Origin: Candidatus Kaiserbacteria bacterium
GTDB lineage: Bacteria > Patescibacteriota > Minisyncoccia > Phycocordibacterales > Phycocordibacteraceae
Length of the DNA stretch: 64,000 nt
NCBI GenBank assembly: GCA_016182485.1
Contig: JACPGH010000007.1
Span: 27,656-91,655 of the forward strand
Direction: 5' to 3'
Shown piece by piece: positions 17,853 to 30,300 of this stretch. Every line of letters starts with the position of its first letter. The first letter of the stretch is position 1. Under the pieces are notes generated by a model. The model had not been told where the DNA came from, ran no database searches, and was given only the letters and a program-made list of their open reading frames with translations. A program made the position numbers and the translations under genes.

Positions 17853-17933
17853 GATGATAGTGTAGCATGGCCAAAAATGAGAATTTTCAATTTTGCAATT
17901 TTCAATTTTCAATAAATTTTCAAGGCTCAATTT
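17853..17933. repeat. Family-1 element, left-arm type (caattttcaa repeats), abutting the 3' end of the 4HB gene
   Basis: gagaattttcaattttgcaattttcaattttcaataaattttcaaggctcaattttcaaac. Confidence 0.7.
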
Positions 17934-18293
17934 TCAAACGGATCGCGCCGAGGCAGCAATTTTTTGGAAAATTAATGTTAATTCTTGGCTCTCTTTCTGT
18001 AATCTCCCTAAAGCATCGTCTTCTATCGTCCCACAGGACACCAGCATCCTAAGCCAGTGCTTCGTTTCTTGTATCTCTTTTTTGCATATGTAAATCTTGT
18101 TGACGAAATCTCTTTTTGAGCTGGCGCCGTTCGCTTCCATATAATTGGCTCCTACGCTCGTACCAGAGCGTAAAAGTTGGTTAACAATTGGATCTGTTAT
18201 ATGACTACGATGGATTTTCTTACAAAGCGATATAATTTCTTCACCAAACCGAGCCGTTCTTTCTTCTAGATCGTATTTCTTCGTTTGATCCAT
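17934..18293 (-). CDS. Four-helix-bundle protein (PF05635/TIGR02436, '23S rRNA intervening-sequence protein' family)
   Basis: 119 aa. Motifs LRSGTSVGANYMEA and RDFVNKIYICKKEIQETKHWL match the 4HB family. Sits exactly between a left arm and a right arm of a family-1 element. Confidence 0.75.
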   Translation of the reverse strand: MDQTKKYDLEERTARFGEEIISLCKKIHRSHITDPIVNQLLRSGTSVGANYMEANGASSKRDFVNKIYICKKEIQETKHWLRMLVSCGTIEDDALGRLQKESQELTLIFQKIAASARSV

Positions 18294-18339
18294 TGAAAAT
18301 TGGTCCTTATTTGAAAATTGGAAATTGTAAATTGAAAAA
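18294..18339. repeat. Family-1 element, right-arm type (ttgaaaattg repeats), upstream of the 4HB gene
   Basis: ccattgaaaattggtccttatttgaaaattggaaattgtaaattgaaaaatt. Confidence 0.7.
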
Positions 18340-21300
18340 TTATTGTGGCGTTGTCGAAGTTTCGGTAGCCGCGGAGAGGGGCTCGATTACTGTCACTAGC
18401 CTCGAAACCGAACCCGTGTTCCCCGCCGCGTCCGTCGCGCTGTAGGTGAGCGTGTATGAGCCGGCTGTTGCGGTATCTGCGGAACCCGAGGTCGCGATTT
18501 TTGCCGTTAGGTCTCCGTCCGTTTCATCTGTAGCGGTCGCCCCCGGGTCTGTGAAGGTCTGACCTTCACTGATCTGCATCGCCGCCTCTCCGTTCAAGGT
18601 CACGATCGGAGGTTGAGAGTCTGAATCCGGACTTATGACTTCCGACTCTGGAGTAGCGCTCGACTCTTGACTCGTGACTTGTGACTCTTGACTTGTTGTA
18701 CCGGCTACTACGCTCCCGTTGCCTACGATCACCGACCGCGTCGCCATGATGCTCCCATTCGGCCCGAGTACGCGATAGGTGATTATGTAGGTCGTCTCGC
18801 TTGAGGTATCAATAGTCCCCGGGCCGACTTCCGACTCCACGCCGTTGATATAAGTCGTTACGGGCGCACCCCCTGCATCGATTCCCGGATCAACGAAGTT
18901 CCCCCCGACCTCGATCAGATAAGGATTATCCCCGAGCACCGTAATCCATTGGGTGCTCGTGTTTGAATTGGAAATTGAAAATTGAGAATTGGAAATTTGT
19001 GACTCTGGCGTGCTTGTCGCCATCTGCCCTTCCGTCTGGATCAAGAAGTAATCGAAGGAGGTGTCTCCCGCCTGCGGGCTCTCGAGCACGAGGCGGAAGG
19101 AGCCGTCCTTCTTCTCCGCGATATACCAGGAGCCGGTCGTCGAGGCGGTGAAGGTGACGAATATCTTGGTCGAGGGCTTCACGTAGGCGTTCTGCACCTC
19201 CGCGACCGTGTTGCCGGCGATTATTTTCACCGTCCCGGCCGAGCTCGTACCGGCGGAATTCGTCGCCGCGACGAACTGGTCGGCCACGAGCGTGCCGAAC
19301 TGCGCGATGCCCTTCGCGATATAGGCGCCAAAGGCGTTAAAGGCGCTCGCGAGCGAGGTCGTCGAGAAGGAGACCGGCGAGCCGGAGGCAGAGGAGACCG
19401 CGCCGCTCTCGAGCGCCGCGAGGCGCGCCTCGAGCGAGGTGAGCCGCACCTCGGCGCGATCGACCTTCTCGGCGAGCGTCTGCACGCCCGCGAGGGTCAG
19501 GGTCGCGAGCTTGTAGAGATCCACGCCGTTGCCGTCTATCGAGAGGATCTCGGGCGCCGTCTCCCGCGCATCCTCGGCAATGAGGCCGAGCCGGAGCGGG
19601 TTGCTCCCGGCCTCTGCCGCGTAGCGATACGTCGCGACCTTGAGCCCGCGAACCTTGCCCAGCACGGCCTCGGTCGAGCTCGCGCTCATATAATTGATGT
19701 CGGTCTTGAGCGCGCGCGTCGAAGTGTTCACGAAGCTCGTCGCGCTCACTTCCTGCGCCGTGAGGCGATTGATGTAGCCCTCGTTCGTCACCGCGAGATT
19801 CGATGTCCACACGGAGGTCGAGGCGACAAAAGAATCCGCCGCTACGTTGCCATATACTGTGAACAAGCCGGCAGCTTGGTGCGGAAACGATCCTGTCACT
19901 TCGATTTCTGAGGGTTCGATTCCCTCTGCCGGCTTTTGCAGGTTTTCCACAATGCTTGCCGGGGTGCTTGACGCGTAAACCCAGTTTGCTATAATAGGTG
20001 CGGTGACAGGCTCGTTTCTCGCAGAAATCGAACCCTCGTAAGAGAACCCGAAGTAGCCGCCCGTAAGGGCGGTTATTTCGTTTTCCAGCGTCCCTACCCT
20101 CCCCGCGAGCCGCGTCGAAGTGGTGCTCAGCTCCTGTATCGCCAGTATCATCGGCGCGGCGAGGCCGTCGTAATTGATGGAGAGCGTGCCGTCGGGCGTG
20201 AGCGAGGTGGGGGCGGAAGTCTGTACGAGATCCGGGAACACCTCTCGCACCTGCTGGGCGATGAGGCCGAATTGCTTCTGGCTCGAGCGCTCCGCCGCCG
20301 GATCCCAGTAGAAAGAAACGGGCCGGAGCGCGTCGATCGCAGACAGCCCGCTCGCTGTCGCGAGCGGGCTTATATCCTGCTTCAGCCGCTCGTCAGACGC
20401 GGAGCAGGCGAGGAGGCCGTTGCCGTTAGACGTGAAGCCGGTGCAGTTCTTGTAGCCGTCGAAGGTGACGTTCGCCGTCTCCCCGCCGACTTCAAGCAGG
20501 GTCGCGGGCGTCGTAGTCCCGAGGCCTATCGCGCTCGCGCTCATGTAGATCGGCTGGACGCCGCTCCCCACGAGGCGCGAGGTGATGATGAGATTGCCGG
20601 TTGAGGCGTCGATGCCGAATTCGCCGATGTAGTTGGGGTCGGAGCCGTTGTAGATGGTCATGGCGGAAGCGCTCCCCGCGGTCGTCACGATCGAGAAGCG
20701 CTCGCTTTGTCCGCCGGGGCTTGCCGTCCCAATCCCGACATCACCGGAGTCGTCGATCACGAACGGCGTCGGGTCGCCTGCCTGGTCGTTCACGGCGAAG
20801 GAGAGCGCGGCGCTCGTATTCTCGACCGCGAACTTCGCGAACGGCGTGCTCGAGGCGATGCCGACCCGCTCGTTCGTGGCGACATAGAGCGAGGAAGTGG
20901 CGGTGAGGGTCGTACCGGTCCCCGCATAGTATGGGAACTGCCCGGCCGTGCCGGAACCGACCGTCCCTGTCCCGCTCCCGCCTCCCACGCAGACTCCGTT
21001 AATCGCAAAACATCCTGTTCGTATATCAATGCCGGAGCCGAACGTGGACGTGGCGGTCGCCGAAATGTTAATCGTATTGGCTCCCGTATCTCCAAGCGAG
21101 AGCAGCGTCCCCGGACTCGTCGTCCCGATGCCGACGTTGCCTTCTATTATCATCCCGTTAGTGGGAGCCGCCGCACCGTAATTTGTTCCCACGGAAACCC
21201 CTCCAGCAATACTCAATTTACTTCCCGGAGTAGTGGTGCCAATACCAACCCTCTGGTTGTACCCTCCAGAGACACCGCCAATAAAGAACGGCGTGTAGCT

Positions 21301-24300
21301 CGTGGAGAAATCTCTGACAGCAGCCGTGTTTTGCTCAATAGAAAAGAAATCAGTCGTATTTCCTACATGGAGCCGCCAGATACCTTCAGAAGTTGCATAA
21401 TTCTTGTTGTCCATTACGAAGTAATTGTCTCCGCCGGTTGTGGTTTGAAGAATGCTTAATGGCGTTGTCGTCCCTATGCCGACGTTGCCAGTGCTGTTTA
21501 TCACCATTTGTGTAGCATTGCCGCCTGTTCGGAAAGACATGCCTCTCGATAGCCCGTTGGGACTGTAGAAAACCCCCCCATCAGCTACGTTATTCGGGCT
21601 TCCAAACAACAAAGCTTGCTCATTAGCATTTGGAGCAAGAAGAGATAGGTAATTTGAGCCACTGTTTTCAACCGTCAGGACTGTCCCCGCAAGAGGGGTA
21701 ATCCCCGAAAATCCTCCTGTTACATGCAATTTACTCTGCGGACTCGTCGTCCCGATCCCGACGTTGCCATTCTTTATAATAGTCATGTAGTTCGAGATGG
21801 TAGAACCATCCCAGACGCCAAAGTCGAGTGCCATATTGCTGCCGCCGGGCGCCCGAGTTTGGATACGAGCGAAGTCATACCCTCCGGTGGCCGTATCGCT
21901 AAAGAGGAGCCCGATAGCATCACCGGTTTGTCCTCCAAAACCGCTCGTACCAATTTTGGCTACGCTTGTCAGGCTTCCTGCGACTCGTGTACCGGAAACA
22001 GTTAATGTATTTGTAGGCGTCGTCGTCCCGATGCCGACATTTCCGGTGCTTGCTTGAACGGTTAACTTAGGATTGCCACTGATAGACAATTGCACATCTC
22101 TGTTTGAACTTAACATCGCATATGTAGAATTGTCCGTGGAGAGATAATGGCTTTCATCACCAAAGAAAATATTCCCGGCTACTGAAAGTTTTCCTCCAGG
22201 TGCCGCCGCCCCAATCCCCACATTCCCATTCGCCAGCACGGTCATGAGGGTGGAAGTCGACGTGCCAGCAGTCGTAGAGGCGATAGTGAACAGCGGCGTG
22301 TTTACAGCGGTTCCCGCAGCGTTCGAAATCGAGAGGATTGAATACGGCGAGGTCGTCCCGATGCCCACGTTGCCGCCGCTTGTGATGCGCATTTTTTCAG
22401 AGGCATTGGTAGTAAACCCAAGATAGCTACTTCCAAAAATGCCGTAGCCAGTGAGGTTTGAAATATTTACGGCTGGAGTCTCTGCGGTACTTTGAGCTTG
22501 TTCATCAAACGAAGCCCGGCCGAAGGCGTCAATCTTAAACCATTCCTGGGCAGTCGTCAGGTCGGTACCATTTATCAAAACCGCGCCATTACCGGTAGTG
22601 CCGCGTAAAATTAGGCGAGTGTTGTTGGTCGTGGTGTTCGCTATTTCCAAATGACCGACCGGACTCGTCGTCCCGATGCCGACGTTGCCGGCAGTCGTGA
22701 TTGTTAATTTTGCGCCATCAGAAGGAACGGCGTTATTTGTCGTTATGTAGAATTTATTTTCAGAATCATCCCCGAGTCCCATTGCCCAATTCGTCGTTCC
22801 ATTTGTCTGGAATTCTAGCTCATTGTTATTGGTTACAGCTCCACGATTCAATCTCAAATAATTGTGGCTGCCGGAATCAAACCTTGAAACAAGATTCGAG
22901 CTTTTATAGACATCCAATAATACACCCGGCGTCGTTGTCCCAATCCCGACGTTGCCAGTCTGCACTATCAAAGCTGCGTGACTTGCATCAGCCATGTTTA
23001 TGTGAAGACCTCGCTGTATGCCTGCGTTTGATTGCGACCCTCCGGTTATTCTTAGACCGGTATTTATTCCGTTTGTCCCTGAGCCTGTCGTAGCGCCGGT
23101 CGTAATATCTATGCCGTAAGATTCCTGCGCATTGCCGCCGCTGTGATCTTTTCTCATGGTTGGGGTGGTAATTTGTACGCCCCTCCATGTAAAGCCGCCC
23201 GTATTCCCTAACCAATTCCCGGAGGTAATCTCGATTCCCCGAACTGTCGCGACATCGCCGCCTTGATCAAATTGGCCGGGGCTGCCTGTCTCGATCCTAG
23301 CTCCCGTGAGGGTAGCTGGCGCATTATTCATGGTGAAGGTTGGCATCTTGAGAACCAACCCTCTCTGCGTAACTCCCGAGGCATTGGTTACATTGGTATT
23401 CGCATCGAGAGTCGCAAGGTCAAAAGTAGAGCTTATAGCCGAAGGCTGTGCAACCGCCAATCTGCTTTCGGGACTCGTCGTCCCAATCCCAACATTCCCA
23501 TTCCCGTCGATCACGAAGCGGTCGTCGGTGCCTAAGGCGGATGACGACGCGATTTTGAATTTGCCTCCGTCGGAGTAATCCATGCCCATTGTCCACTTGT
23601 ACGTCGGCCCCGCGAGCGCTGATAATTCGATTGCGACGTCGTTCGCCGGCTGATAAAGAGTCAGGACTTGATTAGCGCTCGTCGTCGCAATGCTCAATTT
23701 TCCGTCACCGCTGCCAGTACCCTGCGCGGTTATGAATGGAATCGTTGCACCCACATATAGTTTAAAAACATCATTCCCTCCGCTAAGAGCCGTGTTATCC
23801 CAATCGTCGGAATTGCCTAAGTAGACAACTCCGTTCCCTCCGGTGCTTTTTGAAGAGCCTACTATGGCAATCCCAGCTGCTGAAGAGCTGCCCCACGCCC
23901 TTTCGAACAGCGCATTAAGCCAGCTGTCTGGGGTATCGGTAATACCCGCGCTTTGGGCTGTGTCGCGGACATGCAAATCCGCCCAAGGACTCGTCGTCCC
24001 GATGCCGACGTTGCCGCCGTTTGGATTTATCAACGCGCTGCGGTTATTAGCGGAATGAGCTTGCAGAGTCAAATTCCCGGTAGAGGTGTTATACAATTCG
24101 AGGTATCCATAGATAGAAGTGTTATCAAGACCTGAGCGAATTTGCTGAGAGTACGGCTGGAATATATCTCCGGCTACATGCAAGGTTGCGAGAGGACTTA
24201 CTGTTCCAATCCCAACATTGGAAGTTGTTGCCGATACAGTAAGGACATTTGTGCCAACTTGTAATGTAGCTCCGGGATTGGTAGTCCCGATGCCGACGTT

Positions 24301-27300
24301 GCCGCCGTTTGTCTGAAGAGAGAGCGGGTAGTTGACCGACTGGTCTGTGCTGTCATGTACTTGAATCCATGCAGACCACGGAGAAGTATTCAACGCACCA
24401 AAATCCATCGCAATATTATCTGTGCCGCTGAAACGTACCCGTCCGGTAGCAGTCGTCCCCGAATTAGCCGGGACACCCGCGGCTCCATTCACCTGGAGCG
24501 AAAGGGCGGGATTTGAAACGCCAATACCAACGCTTCCCCCCGCATCTATGGTAAAGGGCGTGGCGTCCGGCGACTCTGTGTCCTCCACAACGAATGAGGG
24601 ACCACTCCCTGCATTCGTTACCGAAAGCACTCCCCACGGACTCGTCGTCCCGATGCCGACGTTGCCGGAAGTGTCTATCGTCAAAGATTCTACACCGTTG
24701 GAATAGAGCGAAAGTTTTTGAGCCTTGCCATTGACATCCCCCATCTGCAAAGTGCTGCCCGATTGTGAGGCAATAATTATATTGCCCGGAGCCACCGAGA
24801 GAACATAATTGGAGGTCGCGTAGAATCCAGGAGCCGTAAGGTATCCGTTATAATCCCATCTGGCTAATTCTGATTGTGCGCTATTTTCGATTCTTATGAT
24901 TGGTCGGTTTGCTGCGTCATCTATAGTTCTAAAAACCGCGACATAGTCATTTGGAGACGCGCTCGTCGAACCGGCCACGACCAATTTCGACGTTGGATTC
25001 GTTACACCAATCCCCACGTTCCCTCCGAGGAACACCGCCGCCGGGCCAGTCGATTTCTGCTCGATAGCGAGCGTCGGATACGCCGAGGTGCTTGAGGCAG
25101 AGAGCTGGCCCCAAGGGGTGGTGGAACCGATCCCGAATTTCCCATTCGAAAGGTCAAGGGTCATTCGGGTTGTGGGCGTAAAAGCAGAATTCATCGTTAA
25201 GCCCGTATCCCCCGTAAACAAAAGTTCTCCGTTTAGCTCTCGGAGCATAGAAGCCGCCGTTCCGCGGGCAACCATAGCGGCTGCGACCTCGTCTACGTCG
25301 AAACCTAGGAATACATTTCCAGAATTGACGACGGACATTGAAATAGACCCGGGACCTGCGGCATAACCAGAATTCACAATAAATTGCGAATTAAGCCCTT
25401 GGCCCCCTCCATAATTCTGGATATTTAACAAAGCATCTGGACTCGTCGTCCCGATCCCGACGTTGCCGCCTTCCTGAATGTACATCCGCGCAGACAATGT
25501 TGCTGCACTCCCAACCGCCCCGCTTGGCGCGGTGTAAAATCCAATATCTCCAGCTCTGTTGTTATCATTAATCCCGATTGCTGCGCCACCGGCGGCTTCT
25601 ATATATTTCCAACCACTCGAATAGTAAAGGTTGCCCGCTACATTGGCTCCGGCGTTCCCACCAAAGGTCATGTCATCCCCTGATGTGGCAATATGAAGAA
25701 GATTTAGCGGACTCGTCGTCCCGATGCCGACGTTGCCAGTGCTATCAGCAATGAACATTGAATCATCTGGAGCGTTGTAGCCGATCGAAAACTTCCTTCC
25801 ACTCGTTCCTGCATCTGTCCCAAGAATTATTCTTCCAGCGTTATTACCAAAGTAAACTATCTTACCAGCTGGAGAAGATGCTGAGTCATCCAAGCGTATA
25901 TATGGAGTCGAACCAACTGCATGAATAATCTGTACAGGATTGGCGACTCCTATACCGAGTTTCCCATTAGTCCCCCCTGCAGTTGATGCTCCGACGAAAA
26001 GATCGCCTCCAATAGAGGTGAGTGCAGCCGGACTCGTCGTCCCAATGCCGACGTTGCCTGAGCCGTTTGCGTAGAGGGTGCTGGCGATCGCGACTTGAGT
26101 AGCCGAAACACTAATGGCATTATCGAGACCTGCTGCAGCAAATGCCAGAAGAGTTTTATCGTCTTTACCATCACGTATGTAGAAATTGTTACTGGTCAAG
26201 CCTCCAATGAAGCCAACCTTCCACAAAGCAGCTCCGTTCGAGTCTAATGTAAGCCCTCCATCATGGCTATTATTTGGTCTATTAAAAAGAATAGAAGCAG
26301 GGCCACCGCTAATGGAGAGTAACGCTCCCGGACTCGTCGTCCCGATGCCGACGTTGCCGTTCGCTTGCAATGTCATCACTGTAACATCCCCTGTTTTATC
26401 AAAACTGCCGCTGCTTTTGAGATTAATATCGAGGCGTGAATACGGATTGGTATCACCCACTTGGTATCGTCCGAGCGCAAATTCCGCAATATTGGGATAT
26501 GAGACACCGTCATTTACACCTCTATAGAGCTGCAGGATTCCTGCTGCTCCCACTGAAGAAGGAGCAACAGAGCCCACCACCTCAAGAGGCACCGCTGGAT
26601 TTATCGTTGGAGTTCCGATACTCACTTCGGTACCGCTTATAATCATCGCATCCGAAAATACATTTGCCCCCGTTGTGGTCTGAAACACTAACAAGGAGCA
26701 ATCATTTCCATAACAGTTACCCCCGAAAGTACCTAAAATTCTTCCAACCGACGGTGTTGGAGTCACACCTCCCGTAGGCGCAAGAAACCTGATACCCGCA
26801 CCCGGCCCATAATTTGTACCCGGTAAATCGTTCACCACCGCTATCTCGGCGCTTATATTTCCACTCCGTGTAGAAGTAGTATCGGACCGAGAAAATTCCG
26901 CAAGAAAATTCGGTATAGCTTTCCCAATCCCCACATTCCCCGCGTTCGTAATAGTAAGCGCCGCGGGGGTTGATGTCCCATACGCATCCGTCGATGTCCC
27001 GACGTACAGGTTCCCGCCCATTGAGGAAAAGAGCCAGTGTTTCAAGTTGGCACCCGCCGAAGAATCAGAGAGCGCAAAAGATGGTCGAGTGCCCGCGGCT
27101 TGCAGGAGCCAGTTCGGCGTCGTAGTCCCGATGCCGACGTTGCCGGAGTCATTGACGACCATCAGGACATTATTCGTTGCGTCTCCATCTGTTTGATGAT
27201 GGCCGATGACGAAGGCCTGGCCAGTGTTGTCATTATCAGCGTCAAGGTTGACCCGGAAACTGCCTGTGCTTGAAATCATTCCCCAACCATCAGGTCCGGT

Positions 27301-30300
27301 TGCAGGAACATATCCATCCTGTGTCGTGCCGCCGTAGCCAAAACGGAAGCTCGAAGATACTATCATCTGCGATCCAGTAAGAGATAGTCCCGATGCTCCT
27401 AACCCGAAAAATTCTACGGTGCTGTTTGGTTGAAACCGCATTCGTTCCGCAAGCGAACTGGTATTGGTATCCACCCCATAAAATACCAAAGACGTACCCA
27501 ATCCTCCCGGACTCCATGAGCCGTTTCCAGCTGCTTCCGCGATAATTCGCGCCCCGGTTTGATACGCCGAGCCGTCATATCCCATGAAATCTATCTGGCC
27601 CAATGTATCACTTGAACAATCCACTCCGCATGTTGCAGAGGGAGCACTTGCCGTCCCGCGGGCATGGATTAGTTGAAGCGCCGGACCTGCATCACTAGTA
27701 AGAAATTGACGAATCGTCGAGGTAGCACTCGAGTTACTGACAATGTCAAAGAGTGTACTTGGCCCCGCCGTCCCAATTCCTACCCTGCCATTCGCGAGCA
27801 CGGTCATCAAAGTCGAGGTCGAGGTGCCACCCGTCGTCGAGGCGATGGTGAAGAGCGGAGTATTCGCCGTCGTACCGGCTGAATTTGAAATCGAGAGGAG
27901 TGAATACGGAGAAGTAGTACCGATGCCTACTTTTCCGAGATCATTGATAGTCATCCTCTGAACAAGCGTATTGGTGGAATCTGCTCCGGTATTTACATAA
28001 AACTGCAATTCGGGGGAATTGTGCGACTCACCGCTTGATCCCACTATTTTAGCTTGGTTGGCAACGCCATTTCGCATATTGAACTGAAGTTCAGGAGCGC
28101 CCTGATTACTGTCGCCAGTAATGCGAATGGCTGTGACCCCTGAAGAGCTGTAAACTTCAAGTTCTTCTGCAGGAACTGTAGCAGTATTTAACCCACCTCC
28201 TACCCCCAATAAGCCGCCCGTGGTCAGAACCATCTTGCCGTTTGTACTTACTGCAGTCGAATCTTTGAAGAACCCGAGATGTCCGCTGTCTCCTGCGGAT
28301 ATATACCAGTCATCCCCCCCAACAGCCGCATTTGATGTTGAAAGATAGCCAGTTGTCGATATATTAGCTGCCGTAAGTGTTCCAGTAGCAGTGATATTGG
28401 CAGCTGTTATGTTTCCGGAGAAAAGGCCATTTCCGTGTACCGAGAATAGGCTTGCCGGACTCGTCGTCCCTATGCCGACGTTCCCGCCCAAGAACACCGC
28501 TGCAGGACCGGTCGACTTCTGCTCGATGGCGAGGGTTGGATATGCGGAGGTCGAGGAGGCAGAGAGCTGGCCCCAAGGGGTGGTGGAACCGATCCCGACA
28601 AGACCAGCGGCTGTGATGCGCATAAGCTCATATGCTCCTACAAAAGTGATAGGATCGGCGTTCGACAAAAGCCTATAGGCACTTCCTGTCCAGTTGAGAT
28701 TGTGATTTACATCATAGCCAATGTAGCCGCTTGTGGTAGTGAAATTCCCTCCAGAAACGACACCCGTTGAATTCACGGTCAATCTTGGGGTCCCTTCGGT
28801 AGCTACAACGAGAGCATTAGTGTTTGATCCTTGAGCTACATTGACATACATCCCGTGCGAGCCATTCGTAGTATTGGAGTTATAGAAGTTGGCTACATAA
28901 TTGCCTGGCTCACTTTTTGTAACATCGAGTGTGTAACCCGGCGCAGCCGTCCCGATTCCCACATTCCCATTCGCGAGAACGGTCATGAGGGTCGAAGTCG
29001 AGTTCCCTGCCGTAGTCGAAGCGATCGTGAACAGCGGTGTGTTCACCGTGGTGCCTGCCGAATTTGAAATCGAGAGGAGTGAATACGGAGAAGTAGTACC
29101 GATGCCGACGTTGCCTTCCACTATTAATCCATTTGTCGGCGCTACTGTCGTGTCATACGAAGCGCCGATTGTTGCTCCACCCGACACGCTCAGCTTAGAC
29201 CCTGGCGCCGTTTCCCCGATACCAAGGTTTCCGCCTGCAGTAAGTCTCATTTTTTCAGAATCATTGGTTACAAAAGCGAAGGGATGATTAGTGTATGTTC
29301 CTATGAAGGCGCCTGGGGTTCCAAGCTTGCCGGTGCCCACGCCTTCTCCCTGCCAGTAAGAGGTTACACCGCCCCCCGCAACGTCAACTTGAAATTGAGC
29401 ATACGATTTATCTGAGGTAGACAGGTTCCTAACTCTAACTGTCGGAAAAATCGTGCCATTGTCGCTTGTTGAATTTTTTACGACATCAAGCAATACACCC
29501 GGCGTCGTCGTCCCGATGCCGACGTTTCCAGTGCTTGAAATCCTGACCCGTTCTGCTACTGAAAGATTAGCCGGAGTTGTCCAAAACGATAAACCCGTAT
29601 CACCTTGTTCTGCTTGAAAATTGTCATGAACTGCAACAATTCTAGCGGCGTCATTTGTTACAACATTATTACCAACATCAACTTGGCGGAATCCAATATA
29701 TCCTCCCTGTTCGCTATATCCATTGGCCAGACGAGACTCAAGAATCATTATAGGCGCGTATGTCTGGGACGGAACCGTGGTCGGAACAATATCGAGTCGA
29801 GCTGACGGCGTCGTCGTCCCGATACCGATGTTGCCGGTGTTAAATATTGCGGCAGGATTTGTGCCATCGCCTACAACGTAAAGACGCGCGGGAATAGTGC
29901 TTGCAGTAGGCGTGTCCGATCCGATGATTTGAACATTTCCTCTACCAAGATTTAAACTACTTGCGTCGATGCCAGCATTGACAACAGCACTTACTGCTGC
30001 ATTGGTAAACTGCCAATAAGGAAGAGCGCCGCTTGAGGTAACGCGGACAGTATAATTATCTGACGTATTCGTGATAGCAAGTGGGGCAGAACCTGCTGCA
30101 CCGCTGACCACTTGAAGATTATTATTCGGACTCGTCGTCCCGATGCCGACGTTGTTGTTAGAAGAAAGGATCGTAAAGACGGCCGAGGAATCCTCTGCAG
30201 GTGCGTTTCCTTTGCTGATTACGAAGTTATCCGAAGCGCTGTACGGCAAGCCCAATCCCCACTTGACGGCTGAACTCCGCGAAAAATTCACAAAGGCACT

